From the NCBI GenBank assembly GCA_015059105.1, contig SVBB01000006.1, positions 12,306-76,305 of the forward strand: DNA of 64,000 nt. The letters run 5' to 3'. Positions 37,335 to 45,845 of the stretch are shown here, in pieces. The notes under the pieces are model-generated. The model searched no databases and was not told the DNA's origin. It saw only the letters and a program-made list of their open reading frames with translations. Both the position numbers and the translations under genes were made by a program. The stretch's first letter is position 1. Every line of letters starts with the position of its first letter. Source of the stretch: Erysipelotrichaceae bacterium. Its GTDB lineage: Bacteria; Bacillota_I; Bacilli_A; RFN20; CAG-826.

Positions 37335-37549
37335 AATATAAACCCCCTTTACTTTTATAGTAAAAATAGCATCATAAGTGCTAAAAAAGCGCTATAGTGT
37401 AAAGTCCTTTTAAAAAAATTATTTAAGGCTTTTTGAGTTAGTTAATACTACTTTTGGAGTAATAAATATTAACCTTAGTTAACTTAGACACGGGTTTGAA
37501 CAAGGCTCTGTAACTTTTTATAATTTTTTATAGAAGCGAGGGTATAGCC

Positions 37550-38665
37550 ATGATGAATAAATCAAAAAAAAGAAAACAAAGAAGTGTCACCATCGTGTTA
37601 ACAGAAGCATGCAATTTACGCTGTACATATTGTTATGAATCATTCAAAACACCACACAAGATGACACTCGAAATGGCTAAATCCATCGTCGATAAAGAGA
37701 TGGCAAACTCCCAGAATTATGACTATATTCAATTCGACCTTTTCGGTGGTGAACCCTTCTTAGCGTTTGATGTTATCAAACCACTCGTAGAATATGCAGA
37801 AGAAAAAGGCTATACAAAAAAGTGCTTCTTCTTCCCAACTTCTAACGGCACATTGATACATGGAGAAATCCAAGACTGGTTAGTCGCTCATAAAGATTCT
37901 ATCTGGGTAGGACTAAGTCTAGATGGGACGAAAGAGATGCATGACACAAATCGTGACAATTCTTTTGATTTAATCGATTTAGACTTCTTCGCGAAGAACT
38001 ACCCCACTCAAGATATCAAAATGACCATTTCTAAAGAGAGCCTTCCACATCTCGCTGAAGGGGTGATTTTTTGCCACGATAAAGGATTCGGCGTTTCCTG
38101 TAACCTCGCCTATAACATTGACTGGTCAGATAAAGAAAACGAAGAAATTCTTAAACGTGAATTATCAAAACTGATAGATTTCTATCTCGAACATCCAAAT
38201 TATAATCCTTGCTCCATATTAGCAGGTTCAATCCTCGGGGTAGTTCGCGATGAGAGCAAACCTTTAAAACGTCAATGTGGATCTGGCCTCACAATGGTGG
38301 CTTATGAAATCGATGGAAAACGTTATCCATGTCAATTCTTCATGCCGACATCAATCGGCAAAGAAAAAGCACGAGAAATAGGTAAAATTGATCTCCCTGA
38401 GTTTACCACTGATGACATGCTTGATAAAAAATGTCGAAACTGCGTTGCTAAGCAAATATGCATGATTTGTTATGGGGCTAACTACGCGGCAACCGGATCA
38501 CCTTTCTCCCGCGACGAAAACACATGCGAACTAAATAAAATCATTTTTAAAGCCAGATCATATTTCTACGCTATGCAGTGGAAAAAAGGCTATCTCAAAG
38601 ATATGCCAAAAAGAGAATTAAATCGTCTATTAAAAGCTATAAAAATCATACAGACAGAACTATAA
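37550..38665 (+). CDS. Radical SAM enzyme with SPASM domain (peptide-maturase-like)
   Basis: CNLRCTYC, FGGEP, SLDG; CGSG...GKRYPC...CRNC.....CMIC...C. Confidence 0.93.
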   Translation: MMNKSKKRKQRSVTIVLTEACNLRCTYCYESFKTPHKMTLEMAKSIVDKEMANSQNYDYIQFDLFGGEPFLAFDVIKPLVEYAEEKGYTKKCFFFPTSNGTLIHGEIQDWLVAHKDSIWVGLSLDGTKEMHDTNRDNSFDLIDLDFFAKNYPTQDIKMTISKESLPHLAEGVIFCHDKGFGVSCNLAYNIDWSDKENEEILKRELSKLIDFYLEHPNYNPCSILAGSILGVVRDESKPLKRQCGSGLTMVAYEIDGKRYPCQFFMPTSIGKEKAREIGKIDLPEFTTDDMLDKKCRNCVAKQICMICYGANYAATGSPFSRDENTCELNKIIFKARSYFYAMQWKKGYLKDMPKRELNRLLKAIKIIQTEL

Positions 38666-38683
38666 GAAAGGAGGATGTTAAAT

Positions 38684-38851
38684 ATGTTCGTTTTGACTAA
38701 TGAGCTCTTAGCCGAAATCGAAAGCTCTATCATCGAAGAGGAAATAGATCTCTCCGTAGAAGCAGAGCCAGATTGCTACACTTGCCAAGATGCATGCCAT
38801 AGAGAATGCTCAGGCAACTGCGGTGGTCCACAAAAATCTGGTCAACCATAG
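38684..38851 (+). CDS. Unannotated 55-aa Cys-rich RiPP-like precursor peptide
   Basis: MFVLTNELLAEIESSIIEEEIDLSVEAEPDCYTCQDACHRECSGNCGGPQKSGQP*. RBS AAGGAGG at 38668-38674. Starts 18 nt after the radical SAM stop. Confidence 0.88.
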   Translation: MFVLTNELLAEIESSIIEEEIDLSVEAEPDCYTCQDACHRECSGNCGGPQKSGQP

Positions 38852-38864
38852 GGACGATGTCAAT

Positions 38865-38902
38865 AAAAAAGGCAGTTCTCAACGTAGAATCCGCCTTTTT
38901 TT
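38865..38902. terminator. Bidirectional terminator
   Basis: AAAAAAGGCagTTCT-caacgt-AGAAtccGCCTTTTTTT between convergent genes. Confidence 0.75.
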
Positions 38903-38910
38903 GTCCTTTG

Positions 38911-39132
38911 TTATACATGATACTCTTCTTCGTATCCACAATCTTTGCAGCGCATTTTAATGATGAATTTCTTCTTGCCTGACATCCCTCCGATAATCGT
39001 GCCAGGAGTCCCAAATAATGCGGTTCCCACTACTGCTTTACCAACGCTGAAACCTTCGCGATATTTCGTTTTAGAAACAACACGATAATTCTTGCTTTTG
39101 CAGCTTGGGCATTTGCTAGGAATTCTTGCCAT
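38911..39132 (-). CDS. Small Zn-ribbon protein with Gly-rich hydrophobic insert
   Basis: CPSC...GFSVGKAVVGTALFGTPGTIIGG...CKDCG. Confidence 0.8.
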   Translation of the reverse strand: MARIPSKCPSCKSKNYRVVSKTKYREGFSVGKAVVGTALFGTPGTIIGGMSGKKKFIIKMRCKDCGYEEEYHV

Positions 39133-39141
39133 ATAATAACT

Positions 39142-39663
39142 CTACTTTCTTATAATATTGAGGGTCGCAGGAAAAGGACACTGACTCAAAACGTTATTGA
39201 ATGCTTTTTCAACTTTAGCTGATAAATTATTAAACACTTTATCTTCTTCGTCTAAATCGTTAGCTTTTCCTGATCCCGTCCAGACTTTTGGAGTGATCTC
39301 TACATTAACATTAGGCAACGAAACATCAACCACGACCTTAGCTTGGTAATTGTTAATTCTTTTAATCGCCCGTTTAAACTGATTTTCCCAATAAGCCTCA
39401 TCTTGAGTGGAACTACTCGGTGGTTTTGGATGTCCAAAACGAATTGGTTTATGCGATGTTCCCCCATTAGAACTGCTGCTATTAGCCTTGTGTCTAATTC
39501 GAATCTCTTTATAGCCCATCACTAAGCAAGAGACTGCAACTATTAGAAGTATGATTCCAAATATAATGCCTGCCGGACTCCCATTAGAAAAAAGAGAAAC
39601 ACCGACGGCAAAGGCTATTATTCCAATAACTAAAAATAATATTGGTTTAAGGTTGTTTTTCAT
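39142..39663 (-). CDS. Hypothetical protein with two N-terminal TM helices
   Basis: Hydrophobic hairpin, Ser/Pro linker and a small soluble domain. Confidence 0.7.
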   Translation of the reverse strand: MKNNLKPILFLVIGIIAFAVGVSLFSNGSPAGIIFGIILLIVAVSCLVMGYKEIRIRHKANSSSSNGGTSHKPIRFGHPKPPSSSTQDEAYWENQFKRAIKRINNYQAKVVVDVSLPNVNVEITPKVWTGSGKANDLDEEDKVFNNLSAKVEKAFNNVLSQCPFPATLNIIRK

Positions 39664-39847
39664 GTTTTTTCCACAAAATATTATACAAAACCCTACTTTT
39701 TTTGAAAGATGTATTACGACTTAAAAACCCAATAATATCCTTAGCATTAAGCTACTGCAATTATTATTTTTTACAGATATTTCTGCTCAAGCGCTTTTCT
39801 AGCGTACATCTTGCTATTATAAGTTCATCAATTAGGAGACTATAGTA

Positions 39848-40093
39848 ATGGCAAGAGCAGACAAATATTCAAACAATATTATTACTGTGGAAGGAACAGG
39901 AGAAAAAGTTAAAGTCAGCGAACTTTTGAAAGTTGATGGAAAACACATTATTGTTACCCTTGATTTAAGATACTTCATCGAAGAAGGCTTCTTAAAATAC
40001 AAGTATAGAGAAGTAACTGATCCTGTCTTTAAAGATAAATGTTTCAAGGCATTAGAAGAAAAGCTTAACAGAATTAAAAAATTATTAGGATAG
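39848..40093 (+). CDS. Hypothetical protein
   Basis: RBS AGGAG; upstream TGcTATTAT extended -10; co-oriented with the next gene. Confidence 0.65.
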   Translation: MARADKYSNNIITVEGTGEKVKVSELLKVDGKHIIVTLDLRYFIEEGFLKYKYREVTDPVFKDKCFKALEEKLNRIKKLLG

Positions 40094-40101
40094 GAGACCA
40101 T

Positions 40102-40374
40102 ATGACAGAAGATAACGATATCGTCACATTACTTTCAAATGATGGCGAAGAAATAGATTTCACGCAGATTGCTGGCATCAACTATAAAGGAAAATTCTAC
40201 GCTATTTTGCAACCAGTAGAACTCCTTGAAGGAATGGACGATGATGAAGCTCTCGTCTTCAGGGTGAAGCAAAGCTGGAAAGGCGAAGATAAATTTGAGA
40301 TCGTAACCGATGATGAAATAATCGATGCCGTATTCAAAGAATATAATCGCCTTCTTACTGAAGCAATAAAGTAA
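40102..40374 (+). CDS. DUF1292-domain protein
   Basis: Acidic; IVTL..DGEEIDF...YAILQP...IVTDDE..DAVFKEY. Confidence 0.85.
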   Translation: MTEDNDIVTLLSNDGEEIDFTQIAGINYKGKFYAILQPVELLEGMDDDEALVFRVKQSWKGEDKFEIVTDDEIIDAVFKEYNRLLTEAIK

Positions 40375-40396
40375 AGGTGTGCTAAAATAGTAATTA

Positions 40397-41589
40397 CTAT
40401 AAAGAATTTTCAAATACTAATGACCAGTCATATTCTGGCATTAATGGCGAACCATCGTATTCGTTTTTGCTGTCGATTACATCATAATAGTCGCAATCAA
40501 GGTTAGAGATGTCGAGGAATGCTTCCCCTCTTCTATAGGTAATCGCATCATAATTGATGCTCTTAAAATATTTTCTTAGTTTCATGATTACATTGCGGTA
40601 AGAATCTTTTGATTTTTCAACATCTTTATCAGGCCATAAATAAGTGATAGCTTTTTCCATCGTTAGTGATTTACCTCTTAATATGACGAGCAAAGCGAAA
40701 TATTCTTTGGCTTTCTTAGAAGGGAAATCGAGATGTTTATCGTCATAATAACAATCAAAGCAGTGAAAACAAGAGACCTTCATTCTGTGTTTTTTCTTCT
40801 CGTTGATTGCTTTGATTTCATCTTCGTAGCTATAAGCAGTGCTAGTTCTCGCGAGTAAAAAATGGAAATAAACAAGAATATAAGAGATGGTCACCACCAT
40901 ATGAAGCAAGATATCAATTCCAAAGAAGTTATATTCTTGAGCAAAGAAAATATCAAGTACGAATGAAATCATCACGATGATAACCATGATTGAAGTCATG
41001 TATCCAGGAAGGGTGTTATCATTCCCCCTCATTTTAAACATATAGTAAATATCAAATCCAACAGAGTAATCGCTTGAATGATGACCACTACCATGGTCCC
41101 AACGAATATATGAAGGCCTGCAAATACACCGTGTACAACTGTCGTTATTAATAAAACAGTCAAATGATATTTATGAAAACTTTTCTTAACATAATCACGT
41201 TCAAAAAATAGAAACATGAAATAAGTAAAGCAAACCATGAACAAGTTATGAAAAATAAGCATGATTTTCGCGACTACTTCATAAGGTAAACTTCCACCAA
41301 AGAATTCAATGCTTAAGAATGTATTTGCAGAAGTGATATAAGAAAGGAACAAGAAAATCGTCGCATAAACAGTGTAGATGCATTTCGTACGATCAAACTT
41401 CGTTGAAACAATCTCTGCAACCACTAATATTAATAACATCACAACGTTATAAATATTGATACCAAAAGCAAAGGCACGATATCCTGGATTAAGCGATAAT
41501 TTAAAAATACAAACAAAAATACCTAATAACAAAATCGCAGCACTCAATAATGCGATTATCAATAGTTTCTTCTTTTCTGTATAAGGCAT
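40397..41589 (-). pseudogene. Membrane one-component regulator (sensor TMs plus SARP-like winged helix), frameshifted near 41065
   Basis: ORFs 41029-41589 and 40397-41041 overlap. Together they align with the TM domain of the kinase at 19189-20550 and the output domain of the regulator at 18423-19208. Confidence 0.75.
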
Positions 41590-41778
41590 TGCAATAATAT
41601 TTTATAGTAAAAATATCGTTCTCACTCAATAGAAAAATAACTGCGGGTGTTACATTTGTTCATAAAACAATTATCAATAACGTAACGTTATTACTTTTTG
41701 TATAAATTTTCTAAAAAATTGTAGTTTTGCTACATTTTTTTGCAAATGCACATTTTTTAATATTACCTCCCCCATAAT

Positions 41779-41810
41779 AAAAAACCGCCTTAAATTAGCT
41801 AAAACGGTTT
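41779..41810 (-). terminator. Terminator
   Basis: Minus strand AAACCGTTTTA-gctaatt-TAAGGCGGTTTTTT after the oxidoreductase gene. Confidence 0.6.
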
Positions 41811-41823
41811 CAATATTTTAAGC

Positions 41824-43185
41824 TTATTTCTTAAGCATTAAAGGAATTAATGAAGAGATTAACCCGTAGGTCGTTGTTGGGAATGAGAATATCATCTTTG
41901 ATAAATCTCTCGCCTTCAATTTTTGATTGATGATAATCGTTAATAAGTCGAGATATTCTCCTGCACGGTTTGATAACATTGAAGCACCAACAAGTTCCTT
42001 TTTATTGTTGAAGATAAAGGTGATATGTTCATCGACTTCGTTTGCGTTAGCCCACGCCATCGTCTTACCGATTTCCACTTCTTCAACGCGGTAGCCAAGC
42101 TTCTTTGCTTCTTCGATAGAAACACCAACTTGACCGATGCGTGGTAATGTGAAGACGAGGTTTGGAACTACCGGATAGTTGATTTTTCTTTTTAATGGAG
42201 CTGGTAAGAGAATATCAAGGGCGATGTAGTTGGATTCAAACTCCGCAGTTGGGGTGAGCTTTGGAATGGATTTATCGATGACATCACCAGAAGCATAGAT
42301 GTTTTTCACACTAGTTCTTAAGTGGCTATCAACCTTAATTCCACGAGCAGAATATTCAATGCCTAAGGCTTCTAAGTTAAGACCTTCCGCATTTGCTTTT
42401 CTACCAACTGCGACGAGGACGTAATTAGATTTGATTTCATCGCCTTCGCTTGTCTTTAAGATATATTCACCTTCTTTCACTTTTTCTAAAGAAGAAACAT
42501 GTCTATTGAATAAGAAGTTTGCCCCTTCTTTCTTCATCTTTTCACTGACGTAGTTAACATATCTCTCTGGATATTGGTTGAGGGCTCTTGGAGCTAAATC
42601 AACGATATCAACTTTCTTACCAAGTGATAAGCAGATTGAAGCGAATTCCATACCGATGATACCCGCGCCAACAAAGGTGACATGATCAGGGATATTATCT
42701 AGTGATAAGAAGTCTCTTGAATCCTTGAAATATTCTTTTCCTGGAATGTCGAGTGGGATATATGTTTGGCCTGTGCCGATGACGAAGTAATCCGCTTTAT
42801 ATTGTTTACCTGCAACATCAATCGTATGAGCGTCAACAAACTTTGCCGAACCTCTGATAACATCAAATCCAAATTGGGTGAATAAGCCGTTCAAAGCATC
42901 TGGCATTGAACCAATATATTGCTTTTTATACTGCATTAATTGGTTCCAGTTGATTTCCGCTTGCTTGGCTAAACCGATATTTTGATATCTATCTAACGAT
43001 TCTTTTAGTTCAATTGGGGAATCGAGCAATATTTTCGCGTCACAGCCATAGTTCGTGCATGTACCGCCTAATAAATCTTTTTCCACTAATGCGACTTTCT
43101 TGCCTTGGAATTTGAGGATCAATGCCCCATGCCAGCAGGAATGTCCACTACCGATAAATATGACATCATATTTTTCCATAATCAT
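41824..43185 (-). CDS. Pyridine nucleotide-disulfide oxidoreductase (glutathione reductase-like)
   Basis: GSGHSC FAD motif, GGTCTNYGC redox pair, GAGIIG and IYASGD. Confidence 0.9.
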   Translation of the reverse strand: MIMEKYDVIFIGSGHSCWHGALILKFQGKKVALVEKDLLGGTCTNYGCDAKILLDSPIELKESLDRYQNIGLAKQAEINWNQLMQYKKQYIGSMPDALNGLFTQFGFDVIRGSAKFVDAHTIDVAGKQYKADYFVIGTGQTYIPLDIPGKEYFKDSRDFLSLDNIPDHVTFVGAGIIGMEFASICLSLGKKVDIVDLAPRALNQYPERYVNYVSEKMKKEGANFLFNRHVSSLEKVKEGEYILKTSEGDEIKSNYVLVAVGRKANAEGLNLEALGIEYSARGIKVDSHLRTSVKNIYASGDVIDKSIPKLTPTAEFESNYIALDILLPAPLKRKINYPVVPNLVFTLPRIGQVGVSIEEAKKLGYRVEEVEIGKTMAWANANEVDEHITFIFNNKKELVGASMLSNRAGEYLDLLTIIINQKLKARDLSKMIFSFPTTTYGLISSLIPLMLKK

Positions 43186-43622
43186 TTCTCTCCTTTTTCA
43201 TCATCAAGTATCTTGTAAAGTATTTTATATAATAGTGTTGCTTCTTCTTCAGTGAGGTTGAACTCTGTCGCGATAGATGGTGGAACATCCACAGCTTTTT
43301 CCTTTAATTCTTCACCCTCTTTGGTCAATGAGATAATGATATTTCTTTTATCTTTTTTGTCTTTTTTAATGGAGATATATCCTTTTTCTTTTAATCTTTT
43401 GATTAGTGGGGCTAATGTGTTCGATTTTAAGAATAATGATTCACATAATTCTTTTTCATTGACACTACCTTTTTCCCACATCACCATCATCACTATGTAC
43501 TGCGTATAGGTGAGGTTGAGATTATCGAGCAAAGGTTGATATCTTCTTAATATTTTATTCGCGACCGCATAAGTGGGGAAACAGAGTTGATTCTTGAGCA
43601 ACAAGGAATCGTACTTGTCCAT
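43182..43622 (-). CDS. MarR-family regulator, OhrR-like
   Basis: NQLCF reactive Cys, YQPLL..LNLTYTQY and DKR wing. Confidence 0.88.
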   Translation of the reverse strand: MDKYDSLLLKNQLCFPTYAVANKILRRYQPLLDNLNLTYTQYIVMMVMWEKGSVNEKELCESLFLKSNTLAPLIKRLKEKGYISIKKDKKDKRNIIISLTKEGEELKEKAVDVPPSIATEFNLTEEEATLLYKILYKILDDEKGEK

Positions 43623-43627
43623 TTTTA

Positions 43628-44041
43628 TTATTTGATAACCTCTTCTAAGAATTTATCGAGTTTTGCGAAGTCTTCCTCATTTGGTCTGCCTTTATTTAAG
43701 AAGATCCAAGATGCAACTGTGTGGAATTCTTTTTCGGAAATTGGAATATTATATTCATCGCAAGTCTTTTTCACTGTTTTATAAGTGGAAGCACCAGAAG
43801 CAGCACTATTGACATTGATAACGCATTTAATGTTATCTTTGTTCGCCTTTAAGAATTCTTTGACTTCCTTATCGATATTTGCAGCATACATCGCGTTCAC
43901 TAAGATCAATGTATCCACCACTTCTTCTAATGGATGGGTGACATCAAGAGCCTCAATGTTAATCTTGTTTTCAATGTGTTTAGCAATCTTTTCAGTATTG
44001 CCTTTCTTACTTTTTGTATAGTATCTAATCGCTACTTTCAT
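43628..44041 (-). CDS. Flavodoxin-like protein
   Basis: YYTKSKKGNTEKIA FMN-loop and GRPNEED C-terminus. Confidence 0.8.
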   Translation of the reverse strand: MKVAIRYYTKSKKGNTEKIAKHIENKINIEALDVTHPLEEVVDTLILVNAMYAANIDKEVKEFLKANKDNIKCVINVNSAASGASTYKTVKKTCDEYNIPISEKEFHTVASWIFLNKGRPNEEDFAKLDKFLEEVIK

Positions 44042-44070
44042 AAACGTAGCCTCCTATGTTACGAATAAAT

Positions 44071-44088
44071 TATATCGCGTACGACATA
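44071..44088. promoter_or_regulatory. Putative OhrR-type operator
   Basis: Imperfect palindrome TATATCG-CGTA-CGACATA just upstream of the RBS of the flavodoxin-ohrR-reductase operon. Confidence 0.45.
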
Positions 44089-44188
44089 TTTTTGTAAATA
44101 GAATAATAATTAATTACCACACAACTCCTAACTGTAATTGTCGTAGAGGAGAGTAATTATCTATTTATAGTGTAATTACAATATAATT

Positions 44189-44394
44189 ATGTTACAATTT
44201 GAATACGACGAATCAAAAAACATAGCAAAGACGAGGAACGATTTCTACTAATAGGTTTCAGTTATAAAGCGAATCTTCTAGTTGTCTGCTATTGTTATCG
44301 TCAAAGTGATACAGTAATTAGACTAATTTCTGCGAGGAAAGCAAATTCCAAAAAAAGAGAGGGATACAACAAAAACAATGAAAGCAAATTATGA
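44189..44394 (+). pseudogene. BrnT-family toxin remnant (internal deletion with frameshift)
   Basis: Frame A: MLQFEYDESKNIAK...stop. Frame B: HSKDEERFLLIG...LLVVCY...IRLISARKA. Lies directly upstream of a BrnA-like gene, with palindrome TGTAATTACA at 44171-44180. Confidence 0.85.
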
Positions 44395-44587
44395 TTTTTC
44401 AAAAGGGAAAAAGAATCCGTATATCAAACAATTAAAAAAGCAGGTCACAATAAACCTCAGCGAAGAAGTATTGGATTATTTTAAGGATTTATCTGAAAAG
44501 ACCACTATTCCCTATCAAACATTAATAAACTTCTATCTTCTCGATTGTGTAAAAAACAAAAGAACGATTGAATCTATGTGGAAATAA
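44378..44587 (+). CDS. BrnA/CopG-like antitoxin
   Basis: YDFSKGKKNPY..LKKQVTI.L...LDYFK...IPYQTLIN. Confidence 0.88.
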   Translation: MKANYDFSKGKKNPYIKQLKKQVTINLSEEVLDYFKDLSEKTTIPYQTLINFYLLDCVKNKRTIESMWK

Positions 44588-44616
44588 TATGTTTAATATA
44601 ATATCGCTTAAATACT

Positions 44617-44644
44617 AGATGACTTATTAATGAGTCATCTTTTT
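44617..44644 (+). terminator. Terminator
   Basis: AGATGACT-tattaatg-AGTCATCT-TTTT; a second weaker hairpin follows. Confidence 0.65.
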
Positions 44645-44749
44645 ATATAAAAAAGACTCTAATGAGTCGTTTTTCGTATCCAGTCACTAATCACAATTAG
44701 TAGGTTTAACTAATCCAAACAACTATAATGTGAAGATGCCTTAGTTTTA

Positions 44750-45784
44750 TCAAATATTAGGTTGGTTAGAAACAAACACATTAAATCGTGGCAATGATAA
44801 AGATGCTTTACCGTATTCATTTCCTATAATCAAACCTCTTTTTATTAGACGATCTCGGTATACAGAAAAAGACTTAATATCAAACGGAACTTTTTTAATC
44901 AGTTCTTCAGTCGACATTTCATCTTTCTCAAAACACCTTAGTAGTTCTTTTTCGTTTTTTGGCAAAGCTGACCATATTTTGTCATATACATAAATTGATA
45001 AATATTGATCAAGTTCATCATAAATCTTTTCAATTTTATTATATTTAGAGAAAAGATAACCAACCACTTGGTATGCAAAAGCATATCCTTTGGTTAATTC
45101 AGCCAAAGTCTCAATAGTTTCATGCTTTTCATTACTAAATATGGAAGAGTATTCCTTTATAATAGATTCTTTGTTTAAAGGGTGGAGTTCAATTTTAGGA
45201 GCGCGATACAAGAAAGTAAGATTTTTATTATTCTGCAAAGAATTCACATTCTCATAAAGACCGGTCATCAAAGTAAAGACAGGATAATCGCTTCTTAGCA
45301 GACTTTGAAAGTCATGTGCAAAAGAACGCATGTGTATATTGTTGGACGCCTCATCGATTGTAATCAATAGCTTTTTATTATGCTTCTTTAAAACATTTAA
45401 CATTTTTTCTAGAATGGTTTTTACATTAGAAACAGGCGTATCACCTTCAATTGAGAATCCAAATCCATGAAATGAGAACGAGAAAGATTTTGAAAGAAAT
45501 AAATGTTTAACATGTGTATTCTCATATATTCCTGAGGCAATCTGTTCTAATATTTCACGATTAGGATTAATATCAACCACTACCCATTCTTTCTTCTCGG
45601 CAATATTTTTAGATACATTAGTCAACAAAACCGTTTTTCCAGAGCCTCTTACCCCGCTAATGATATAAATATGAGAGAGTGGAAAATCCAAGCAAAAGTC
45701 TCTACATATGTTTTCAGAAATATGTTCCCTATTTATGTAGCTTGATGGCAATTGACCAAAGGTCACTGTAAATATATTATCCAT
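44750..45784 (-). CDS. AAA-type ATP-binding protein with C-terminal winged helix
   Basis: Walker A GVRGSGKT, Walker B ITIDE, LTFLYRA, GYAFAYQ and YRDRLIKRG. Confidence 0.85.
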   Translation of the reverse strand: MDNIFTVTFGQLPSSYINREHISENICRDFCLDFPLSHIYIISGVRGSGKTVLLTNVSKNIAEKKEWVVVDINPNREILEQIASGIYENTHVKHLFLSKSFSFSFHGFGFSIEGDTPVSNVKTILEKMLNVLKKHNKKLLITIDEASNNIHMRSFAHDFQSLLRSDYPVFTLMTGLYENVNSLQNNKNLTFLYRAPKIELHPLNKESIIKEYSSIFSNEKHETIETLAELTKGYAFAYQVVGYLFSKYNKIEKIYDELDQYLSIYVYDKIWSALPKNEKELLRCFEKDEMSTEELIKKVPFDIKSFSVYRDRLIKRGLIIGNEYGKASLSLPRFNVFVSNQPNI

Positions 45785-45796
45785 AGTGTGCTCCTC

Positions 45797-45845
45797 TTTT
45801 TGTTAGGTTTGTTAGGTTTTATTTTTTGTTAGGTTTGTTAGGTTT
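45797..45845. repeat. Four TGTTAGGTT direct repeats (two tandem pairs)
   Basis: Copies start at 45801, 45810, 45827 and 45836, immediately upstream of the ATPase RBS. Confidence 0.9.

Noticed and set aside
38730-39014. 94-aa minus-strand ORF from the track
   Set aside because: It is antisense to the precursor peptide, spans the terminator, overlaps the Zn-ribbon gene and has no RBS or motif.
20605-41589. Prophage, ICE or transposon
   Set aside because: I saw no integrase, transposase, relaxase, structural genes or flanking direct repeats. Accessory status is inferred from gene content only.
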